Assembly (NCBI GenBank): GCA_963775425.1
Contig: CAVZJB010000016.1
Span: 640,001 to 704,000, forward strand
Direction of reading: 5' to 3'
From: an uncultured delta proteobacterium
GTDB taxonomy: Bacteria > Myxococcota > UBA727 > VGSZ01
DNA: 64,000 nucleotides
The translations under genes and the position numbers were made by a program. The notes beneath the pieces were generated by a model that did no database searches, was not told the origin of the DNA, and saw only the letters and a program-made list of their open reading frames with translations. Shown piece by piece: positions 56,536 through 64,000 of the stretch. Within the stretch, counting starts at the first letter, position 1, and every line of letters starts with the position of its first letter.

Positions 56536-57471
56536 TCAGAACTGGAACTCGTCGGTGAGCTCGACGAGGTGCATGTTCTTCAGGCGAAGCGCGGACAGCT
56601 CGTTCTTGGTGACCTCATAGAACGAGGGCTTCAGGTGGTAGACGAAGAGCGGGATCTCGTCGCGGCGCGCGATCTTCTTCATCTCCACGTCGAGCGTCTG
56701 CGGCGTGTAGTGGCCGGCGACGTCGGCGAGCGCCTGCATGTGGTTCGGGAACGACAGCTCCACGAACATCCCGCGCAGGTCCTCGGTCTCGTTGGCCACC
56801 TGCCACAGCTTGGTGGTGGGGCCCGTGTCCGACGTGTACAGGATGGCCCCGTTCACCCCGCGGATGATCATGGCCATGGACTCGACGGGGTGCGTGACGG
56901 GCACGTAGCGCACGTCGTACTCGCCGGCCTGAAGCGGCGGCAGCAGCCGTCGCCCGCTCACCTTGCCCGTCGGCTTCTTCTTGGGCGGCGCCTTCTTGGC
57001 CTTCTTGGAGGCCACGCGCTTGAGCTTCTGCGGCGGCGCCGGCTCCGCACCAAAGATCGACGAGCCCGGGCTCATGACGACGTCGCCGCTGGGGCCGGGG
57101 ATGCGGAAGGGCTCGGTGTGCACGTGGATCTTCATCACCGGCGCTTGCGGCGTGGGGATCCTCGTGAAGTCCGGCCACAAATAGTTGTTGAAGTAGCTCG
57201 ACTGCAGCGTCTCCGCCGTCTCGGGCCCGCAGTGAAGCGCGACCGGGGCTTTGCGACGGCCGATCACCTGGTCCGCGAGGAGGGCGAGGTCCTTCACGTG
57301 GTCCATGTGGCTGTGGCTGATGAGCATGTGATCGATCTTCACCTGCTCGTCGAGGCTGAGGCTGCGGCACACGGCGCCGGCATCGATGGTGATGCGCTCG
57401 TCGATGAGGAAACACGTCGTCCGGTGACGCGGTGTCTCTCCTCCGTGGCACCCGAGGACGCGGACTCGCAT
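56536..57471 (-). CDS. class II (MBL-fold) 3',5'-cyclic nucleotide phosphodiesterase
   Basis: VLGCHGG, SHSHMDH, FNNYLWPDF, ELSFPN, YHLKP. Confidence 0.9.
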   Translation of the reverse strand: MRVRVLGCHGGETPRHRTTCFLIDERITIDAGAVCRSLSLDEQVKIDHMLISHSHMDHVKDLALLADQVIGRRKAPVALHCGPETAETLQSSYFNNYLWPDFTRIPTPQAPVMKIHVHTEPFRIPGPSGDVVMSPGSSIFGAEPAPPQKLKRVASKKAKKAPPKKKPTGKVSGRRLLPPLQAGEYDVRYVPVTHPVESMAMIIRGVNGAILYTSDTGPTTKLWQVANETEDLRGMFVELSFPNHMQALADVAGHYTPQTLDVEMKKIARRDEIPLFVYHLKPSFYEVTKNELSALRLKNMHLVELTDEFQF

Positions 57472-57552
57472 AAGTGTCGACGGTCGCAGCACGCGACGGG
57501 TCAGGTCAAGGATCCGTGCGCCCCGACGGGGAACGGAAACGTGTGCTCTGCG

Positions 57553-58194
57553 TCACACTTCGCCGAAGCGCTCGCGCATCTCGAGGAACTCGAGGAACTC
57601 CTCGAGCTTCTTCACGTCGGGCACGACGAGGCCGCCGTCGGGGTTGTGCACGAGGCGCGAGCGCTCCAGGCGCGCGAGGACCTCGTTGACCTTGGCGTCC
57701 TCGACGCTGGTGCGGTGGGCGATGTCGCCGGCCGTGACCTGCAGGAGGGCGTTGCCCTGCGCGTCGCGCGGCGCCGTGTGGCAGAGCTGGAGCAGCGCGT
57801 GGACGATGCGGCTGTTGGCGTCACCGAGGAGCAGGTTCTCGATCTGCTGGTTGGCGTTGTCGAGGCGGCGCGCGAGCTTCTTGATCATCCGCACCGCGAT
57901 CTCGGTGTTGGCCTTGATCATCGCCTCGAAGGTGCGCGGGTCCAGCACGAGGAGGTGGGCGTCCTCGAGGACCACGGCGGTGGCCGTGCGCGGCTTGTCG
58001 TTGATGATGGACATCTCGCCGAAGAACTCGCCGGCGGGGAGGTCCGCGAGGAGCTTCTCCACGCCACGGATGTTGCGGGTGAGGCGCACCTTGCCCGACT
58101 GGATGACGTACATCTCCTTGCCGGGGTCGCCCTCACGAAAGAGCACCTGCCCCGCCGGCACCGTTCGCCCGAACCGCTCGATGAGTGACGTCAT
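57553..58194 (-). CDS. Crp/Fnr family regulator
   Basis: LFREGDPG, GEFFGEMS..PRTATA, C-terminal HTH. Confidence 0.92.
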   Translation of the reverse strand: MTSLIERFGRTVPAGQVLFREGDPGKEMYVIQSGKVRLTRNIRGVEKLLADLPAGEFFGEMSIINDKPRTATAVVLEDAHLLVLDPRTFEAMIKANTEIAVRMIKKLARRLDNANQQIENLLLGDANSRIVHALLQLCHTAPRDAQGNALLQVTAGDIAHRTSVEDAKVNEVLARLERSRLVHNPDGGLVVPDVKKLEEFLEFLEMRERFGEV

Positions 58195-58280
58195 GCCGAG
58201 CCAGTCTCGTCCCGCCGCGGGCGCGCGGCAAGTACCCGGCCGCGCTGATCAAGCGACCGGAGGGAGCGGCCGCCCGGACG

Positions 58281-60776
58281 TCACTTGGTCTTGAACTCGA
58301 ACACGCCGTCCCAGCCGTCGGGCGGGGCCTCCGCCCGGAAGTGCGCCACGCGCTCGAGGTAGATGGCGCTCGGCGGGTCGTTCCCGTTGCGCATCTTCAG
58401 GCACTCGCGGAACGCGAGCTCGGCGTCGTCCCACTTCTGCGTCCGGTACGACTTCAAGCCGGCCTCGAAGACCTCGACGAGCTTGCGCATCTCCGGCGGC
58501 GGCATCGCCCCCGGCGCAGGCCGCCGGCCGAGGAGCTCGTAGATGTTCACCGGCTGGTGCTTGCCCTTCACCCGCACGGCGTCGAGCCAGCGGCCGAACA
58601 CCGCGTCCTTGGCGAGCTCGTAGGTGGTCTCGCTCACGATGATGTGCGTGCCGTAGTTCTTGTTGGTTCCCTCGAGGCGGCTGCCGAGGTTCACGTTGTC
58701 GCCGAGCAGCGTGTAATTGCGCATGCGCGCGGAGCCCATGAAGCCGACGCGCATCGGACCCGAGTTGAGCCCGATGCCGATGTCGATGTTGGGCTTGCCC
58801 TCGGCGCGCCAGCGCACCTTCAGCTCCTCGAGGCGATCGATCATGTCGAGCGCCGCCAGCGCCGCCCGCGCCGCGTGGTCCTTCTGCTCGAGGGGCGCGC
58901 CCCAGAAGGCCATGATGGCGTCGCCCATGTACTTGTCGAGCGTGCCCTCGCGATTGAGGAGGATCTCCGTCATGGGCGTGAGGTACTCGTTCAAGAACTC
59001 CGTGAGCCCCTCGGGCGTCAGCTTCTCGGACATCGTCGTGAAGCCGCGGATGTCGGAGAACATCACCGTGAGCTCGCGCTCCATGCCGCCGAGGCCGGCG
59101 AGCTTCGGGTCCTTGAGCAACTGCTCGACGACGGTGGGCGCGAGCACCGTGGAGAACTCGCGCTTGAGCTGCGCCTTCTCGCGGCCTTCGGTGAGGTAGC
59201 CGAACACGGTGACGCTCGCCCAGCACAGGCTCATCTCGATGACGAGCGGCAGGTCGTGAAACCACATGTTCCTCGGGAACAACACGAAGAAGTCCACCAG
59301 CAGCCACGTGAGCAACATCCCGCCGAACACCAGCACGCCGGCGGCGACGTTGACGCGCGGCAGGATGAACCCGAGCAGCAGCGCTGCCAACAGGCACAGC
59401 CCCATCTCGAGCTGGAGGAAGAGCGGCGGGCGCTGGATCTCGACGCCGTCGATCATGTTCTGGATGGCGGCGGCGTGCACCTCGGTGCCGGGGACGTTCG
59501 GTGAGAAGGGCGTGACACGTTGATCGAACGTCCCGATGGCGGTCACCGCGATGAGGACCACCTTTCCTTTGACGACGCTCTTGTCGAACGCACCGTCGTA
59601 GACGTCGGCGAGGGAGATGCGCGGGAACGCCCCGCGCTCGGCCTCGGGCAGCCGCGGATCGTTCGGCCCCGACGGCCCGTAGTAGTTGATGAAGAGCTTG
59701 CCGGACAGATCGGTGCGCACGTCGGACACGGTGCCGTCGCCGCGGGGGAGGCCGATGCGCAGGATGCCCTCGGGGAAGATCTTGCCGACGACGACGCCGG
59801 GGCTACCGCCGAAGTGCTGCGCCGCGGCCGACAGCGACAACGACGGGATGAACACGTCGCCGACGCGGTACACGAGCGGCAGCCGGCGCAGCGTGCCGTC
59901 CGGGTCGGTGAAGGCGGAGAAGAAGCCGAGGTTGTTCGCGACGTCGAGGAACGGCTGCTCAGGCAAGACCAGGTTCCCGTGCACCGCCGTCACGTAGCTG
60001 AGGTCGGACGCCTTCGAGCCCTTGGTGTTCATGAACTCGGCGATCTTCTGCTCGGCGCCGGCGGCCTTGGCCTTGGCGTCGAGTTGCACGTAGCGGTAGC
60101 CCTCGCCGTAGCCCTGGATCACGAACGGATCGAGCGCCTCGAGCTCGTCCTTGTACGACGCGTGCGGCGGCAGCCCCGGGTCCGGCTCGGGCTCCGCGAT
60201 GAACCCCTGCACGACGCGCGTGGTGTGCCGGTCGAGCGCGTCGGCGAAGGTCTTGTCGCCCTGGGTGAAGCCGGCGAAGGCGTCCTCCACGCTCTTGGCG
60301 GCCATGGCGACCTTGGCGATCTCCTGCGGCGACGGCTTGTGTCCGTCGGCGGCGCCGAGCGCGAGCGTCCCCGCGGTCTCGGAGAGCTTGGCCGACTGCA
60401 ACAGCTCCGCGAGCGCGGCCGTCGACGTGTGGTCGATACCGGCAGGGTCGGCGAACACCATATCGAACGCGGCGACGTCGGCGCCGGCGTCGAAGAGATT
60501 GTCGAGGATCCTGGCGAAGCGCGCGCGGTCCCACGTGCCCCACCGGCCGAACTTGGAGATGGTCTTTTCGTCGCCGGCGGCGATGACCACCTGCGGGTTC
60601 ACCGGCACGCGACCGCGCACGAGGAACTTCAGGTCGAGGAGCTTTCGGTCCCACGCCAGGATCGGCGAGTGCTCCCACGCCCGCAGCGTCTCGAGCCACG
60701 AATAGGTCGCGGCGCCGAGCCCGAGCAGGAGCGCCAGGGCGACGGGGATGTAGCGCTTGCGGGTCGCCTCACTCAT
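58281..60776 (-). CDS. CHASE2-domain class III adenylate cyclase
   Basis: DPDGTLRR, PGTEVHA, TM helices, FSDIRGFT, DKYMGD, YTLLGDNVNLGSR. Confidence 0.95.
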   Translation of the reverse strand: MSEATRKRYIPVALALLLGLGAATYSWLETLRAWEHSPILAWDRKLLDLKFLVRGRVPVNPQVVIAAGDEKTISKFGRWGTWDRARFARILDNLFDAGADVAAFDMVFADPAGIDHTSTAALAELLQSAKLSETAGTLALGAADGHKPSPQEIAKVAMAAKSVEDAFAGFTQGDKTFADALDRHTTRVVQGFIAEPEPDPGLPPHASYKDELEALDPFVIQGYGEGYRYVQLDAKAKAAGAEQKIAEFMNTKGSKASDLSYVTAVHGNLVLPEQPFLDVANNLGFFSAFTDPDGTLRRLPLVYRVGDVFIPSLSLSAAAQHFGGSPGVVVGKIFPEGILRIGLPRGDGTVSDVRTDLSGKLFINYYGPSGPNDPRLPEAERGAFPRISLADVYDGAFDKSVVKGKVVLIAVTAIGTFDQRVTPFSPNVPGTEVHAAAIQNMIDGVEIQRPPLFLQLEMGLCLLAALLLGFILPRVNVAAGVLVFGGMLLTWLLVDFFVLFPRNMWFHDLPLVIEMSLCWASVTVFGYLTEGREKAQLKREFSTVLAPTVVEQLLKDPKLAGLGGMERELTVMFSDIRGFTTMSEKLTPEGLTEFLNEYLTPMTEILLNREGTLDKYMGDAIMAFWGAPLEQKDHAARAALAALDMIDRLEELKVRWRAEGKPNIDIGIGLNSGPMRVGFMGSARMRNYTLLGDNVNLGSRLEGTNKNYGTHIIVSETTYELAKDAVFGRWLDAVRVKGKHQPVNIYELLGRRPAPGAMPPPEMRKLVEVFEAGLKSYRTQKWDDAELAFRECLKMRNGNDPPSAIYLERVAHFRAEAPPDGWDGVFEFKTK

Positions 60777-61486
60777 CGCGGGGCTCCTGTGACGAGACCG
60801 ATCTGCGTGAGCGCGCGCCACGTCGACGCCACGGCGGTGTTCTCGCGGACCCGCAGCGAGCGCGCGTGCCACACGAGGCGCTCGAGGTCTGCGGCCTCGT
60901 CGACGTCGTACCAAAACGGCAGGATGTGCGGCTCCACGCCGGCCGCGCGCAGCTTGTTGACGGTGTGCGGCAGCACCGCCGGCGTCGACCACGGCACGTC
61001 GCTGAAGATGTCGGGCGCCGGCCGCTGCGCGCCGACGAGCCAGTAGCCGCCGTCGAACGTGGGACCGAGCACCACGCGCTCCCAGACCAGCGCGCGGAAC
61101 GCCTCGTCGAGCATCTGGATGGGCAGCGTGGGGCTGTCGGCGCCGATGGCGCAGACGGCGCGAGCGCCGCGCTCGTACTCGGCGTCGAACGCGGCGCGCA
61201 GGCGCTCACCGAGGTCGGCGCCCTGCTGCACCTCGAGGCGGGCGCCGGAGCGGCGGGCGGCCTCGGCGAGGACGGGGTCGTTGACGTCGGGGGAGGCGTA
61301 GACGGCCACGCGGCGGTTCTGATCGACGGCGACCTTCTCGGTGCGCCAGCGCGCGCACAGCGCCGCCGTGTCGAGGAGGAAGCCCGCCGAGAGCACGACG
61401 GCGTCGCGCTCGCCGCGCTCCTTGGCGAGGCGGGTCTTCGACGCGCCCGGTACCGGCGCCTTGGCGAAGAGGACGAGGGTCTCCAC
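60773..61486 (-). CDS. TIGR04282/DUF2064-family glycosyltransferase-like protein
   Basis: LFAKAPVPGASKTRL, QQGADLGERL, IGADSP, LGPTFDGGYWLVG, WYDVD. Confidence 0.9.
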   Translation of the reverse strand: METLVLFAKAPVPGASKTRLAKERGERDAVVLSAGFLLDTAALCARWRTEKVAVDQNRRVAVYASPDVNDPVLAEAARRSGARLEVQQGADLGERLRAAFDAEYERGARAVCAIGADSPTLPIQMLDEAFRALVWERVVLGPTFDGGYWLVGAQRPAPDIFSDVPWSTPAVLPHTVNKLRAAGVEPHILPFWYDVDEAADLERLVWHARSLRVRENTAVASTWRALTQIGLVTGAPR

Positions 61487-61599
61487 GGGGGGATGGTACA
61501 GCTTGTGCGCTGCGCGCGGGGCCCTGCGCTTCGCGTGTGCCGCCCGGCTTGAGGACACGCTCGCATGCGCCCGCTCGCGGAGCTCAACGCCGGCCGGGC

Positions 61600-62346
61600 T
61601 CAACGCGCGCCGGGCGTGGAGAGGCGCCGCGGTGGGGGACGCCGCGCCTCGCGCGCCAGCGTCGTCAAGATCACGGCGCCCGCCTGGACGCTCGCCTTGA
61701 TGTCGCCGGACACCTTGGACACCCCCGTGCGCCGGCGGCGGTAGCGCACCGGGACCTCGACGACGCGCAGGCCCTGCCGCGCCGCGCGCGCCTGCATCTG
61801 CACCGTCCAGCCGAAGCCGTGATCGTCCATCTCGAGCGTGGCGAGCGCGGCCGTCGTGACCGCACGGAACGGCCCGAGGTCGGTGGCGCTGTGCATCAGG
61901 AGCGCACGGAGGATGAGCGTCGCCAGGCGGTTGCCGAAGCGCTGCGCCGCCGTGAGCGCCTCGGGCTCCACCAGGCCGAGCCGCTCGCCCAGCGTGCGCG
62001 AGCCGATGACGAGGTCCGCACGGCCGCGCGCGATCGGGTGCAGGAGCGAGGCAGCGTCGGCAGGGTCGTCGGCGCCATCCCCGTCGGCGAAGAGCACGAC
62101 CTCGGTGCCCTCGGGGACCTCGGAGAGCGCGCGCAGACAGGCCGCGCCGTAGCCTTTCACGGGCTCTTTGTGCACCAAGGCGCCAGCCTCGAGCGCACGG
62201 TCCGCGGTGGCGTCGAGACTGCCGTTGTCGGCGACGATGGCGACGGCGTCGTGGCCAGCCGCGACGACGGCGTCCAGCATCGCGCGCACCACGGGCCCGA
62301 TGCTCTGCTCCTCGTCGAGGGCCGGGATGACAATGGCGACACGCAT
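61600..62346 (-). CDS. GT2 (DPM synthase-like) glycosyltransferase
   Basis: IPALDEEQSI, DNGSLD, GYGAAC, DGDGADDP, TDLGPFRA, GWTVQMQ, SKVSG. Confidence 0.92.
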   Translation of the reverse strand: MRVAIVIPALDEEQSIGPVVRAMLDAVVAAGHDAVAIVADNGSLDATADRALEAGALVHKEPVKGYGAACLRALSEVPEGTEVVLFADGDGADDPADAASLLHPIARGRADLVIGSRTLGERLGLVEPEALTAAQRFGNRLATLILRALLMHSATDLGPFRAVTTAALATLEMDDHGFGWTVQMQARAARQGLRVVEVPVRYRRRRTGVSKVSGDIKASVQAGAVILTTLAREARRPPPRRLSTPGAR

Positions 62347-62400
62347 GCGCCCTTGTAGCGCAGACCGCCCGCTTGCACCGAGGGCCACGCCCTCGAGCGG

Positions 62401-62510
62401 CGCGTCGCGGGGACGTCGCGGGGACGTCGCGGGCGCGTCGCGGGGACGTCGCGGGCGCGTCGAGGGCGCGTCGAGGGCGCGTCGAGGGCGCGTCGAGGGC
62501 GCGTCGAGGG
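62401..62510. repeat. intergenic 11-bp tandem repeat x10
   Basis: Units CGCGTCGCGGG / GACGTCGCGGG / CGCGTCGAGGG. Confidence 0.92.
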
Positions 62511-62605
62511 GCGCGCCTCGCCGGTCGCGCCGTTGTCGCCCCGCGAGGCAGGCGCGCCCGACGAGCCCGGTGGCGCGCGCGCGGCGGATCCGTTACCGGA
62601 GCCGC

Positions 62606-63646
62606 ATGACCGAAAAGGGCGTCACGTACGCAGCGTCGGGCGTCGACATCGACGCCGGTGAAGAGGCGGTGGAGCGCATCGCGGCCGGCGCGCGGCGCAC
62701 GCACATCCCGGGCGTGCTCGGCGGCGTCGGCGGCTTCGGCGGGCTGTTCGCCTTGAAGGAGGCGCTCGGCTCGCTCGAGGACCCGGTGCTCGTGTCGGGC
62801 ACCGACGGCGTGGGCACCAAGTTGCTCGTCGCCGTGGCTGCAGGAAAGCACGGCACCATCGGGCAGGACCTCGTGGCCATGTGCGTCAACGACGTCCTCA
62901 CCACGGGTGCGCGGCCGCTGTTCTTCCTCGACTACTACGCCACGGGGAAGCTTCAGCCCGCGCACATGGAGAGCGTGGTGCTCGGCATCGCGCGCGCCTG
63001 CGAAGAGAGCGGCTGCGCGCTCATCGGCGGCGAGACCGCGGAGCTGCCCGGGCTCTACGCGGGCGGCCACTACGACCTCGCGGGGTTCGCGGTGGGCGCG
63101 GTGGAGCGAAACAAGATCATCGACGGCAAGAAGGTGCGGACGGGCGACGCCGTCGTCGGCGTGTCCTCGAGCGGTCTCCACTCGAACGGCTACAGCCTGG
63201 CGCGCAAGGTGGTCCTCGACGTCATGAACAAGGAGCTCGACGACGTCCTCGTCGACGGCGAGACCACCGCCGACGTCCTCCTCGAGCCCACGCGCTTGTA
63301 CGTCAAGCCCGTGCTCGCGCTCCTCGAGGCCGTCGACGTCCACGCCATGGCGCACATCACCGGCGGCGGCCTGCCGCTCAACCTCACGCGCGCGTTCCCG
63401 CCGGGGACGGCGGCGCGTGTCGACGAGAAGCGCTGGGCCGCGCCCGCGATCTTCGACGTCATCCGCAACGGCGGGCCGGTCGCCCCCGACGAGATGCGCC
63501 GCACGTTCAACTGCGGCATCGGCTTTTGCGCCGTGGTCGACGCCGCCGACGCCGCCCGCGCCGTCGACGTGCTGAACGCGCACGGCGAGCGCGCGCAGGT
63601 GATCGGCGAGGTGGTCGCCGGCGACGGCGAGGTCACCTATGCGTGA
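62606..63646 (+). CDS. purM: phosphoribosylformylglycinamidine cyclo-ligase
   Basis: TYAASGVDI, GTDGVGTK, GGETAE, SSGLHSNGYSL, TFNCGIG. Confidence 0.98.
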   Translation: MTEKGVTYAASGVDIDAGEEAVERIAAGARRTHIPGVLGGVGGFGGLFALKEALGSLEDPVLVSGTDGVGTKLLVAVAAGKHGTIGQDLVAMCVNDVLTTGARPLFFLDYYATGKLQPAHMESVVLGIARACEESGCALIGGETAELPGLYAGGHYDLAGFAVGAVERNKIIDGKKVRTGDAVVGVSSSGLHSNGYSLARKVVLDVMNKELDDVLVDGETTADVLLEPTRLYVKPVLALLEAVDVHAMAHITGGGLPLNLTRAFPPGTAARVDEKRWAAPAIFDVIRNGGPVAPDEMRRTFNCGIGFCAVVDAADAARAVDVLNAHGERAQVIGEVVAGDGEVTYA

Positions 63647-63721
63647 CCCCACCCCCGCGCGCTCCGGGTCCGGGTTCGCGCGGCCCGGCGCCGCGCGCGC
63701 GGCCTGCGAGGGCGGGCAGCG

Positions 63722-64000
63722 ATGAGGCTCCCCGGGGTCCCCCTGGTCGCGCGCGCCCCCTGCCCCGCCGGAGAGCCGCTGCGGCTCGGGGTGCTCGTGT
63801 CCGGCAGCGGCAGCAACCTCGCCGCCATCCTCGAGCGCGCGCGGCCGGTGGTCGCTGCGGCGCCGCTGTCCGTCGAGGTCGTGGTCAGCAACGTCGACGG
63901 CGTACGCGCGCTCGAGCGGGCGAAGCACGCCGGCGTCGCTGCCGTCGTCGAGAGCCACAAGGGCCGCTCGCGCGAGGTGTTCGAGGACGCGGTGCAGGCG
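63722..64000 (+). CDS. purN: phosphoribosylglycinamide formyltransferase (5' part)
   Basis: LGVLVSGSGSNLAAIL, VVSN; follows purM. Confidence 0.9.
   Translation, partial: MRLPGVPLVARAPCPAGEPLRLGVLVSGSGSNLAAILERARPVVAAAPLSVEVVVSNVDGVRALERAKHAGVAAVVESHKGRSREVFEDAVQA

Noticed and set aside
62401-62510. CRISPR array (also the 13-bp repeat at 37920-37958)
   Set aside because: Short contiguous units with no spacers and no cas genes

Overview
Very high-GC window, almost certainly from a Myxococcota (myxobacteria-like) chromosome, judged from a tgl-recO locus, an oar-mlpA pair, a MYXO-CTERM-like tail and many Cys-rich lipoproteins. It holds about 55 real CDS; most long ORFs in the six-frame track are GC shadows. 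Housekeeping genes are recO, coaD, rsmD, a class I aminotransferase, a trpG/pabA-type amidotransferase, tag, a ygfZ-like gene, folC, purM and purN, plus tRNA-Glu(TTC) and tRNA-Lys(TTT). Signalling is dense: a Ser/Thr kinase, two class III cyclases, Crp, a class II PDE, a cNMP protein and an HK/HDOD system. There is one decayed IS1182-like element and no CRISPR array. The most interesting candidates are: (1) a two-gene module present twice, a membrane-anchored alpha/beta protein coupled to a lipoprotein with a shared N-terminal Cys motif, a (GE)n linker and a variable payload; (2) an alpha-2-macroglobulin split into two exported proteins at the bait region with no thioester motif; (3) a circularly permuted esterase upstream of oar; (4) AT-rich inverted-repeat islets hidden in coding sequence upstream of tgl; (5) a cyclase-Crp-PDE cluster; (6) recurrent CTG(A) coupled starts, leaderless promoters and bridging mini-ORFs. 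All family assignments are from motif recognition by eye; no database search was run.
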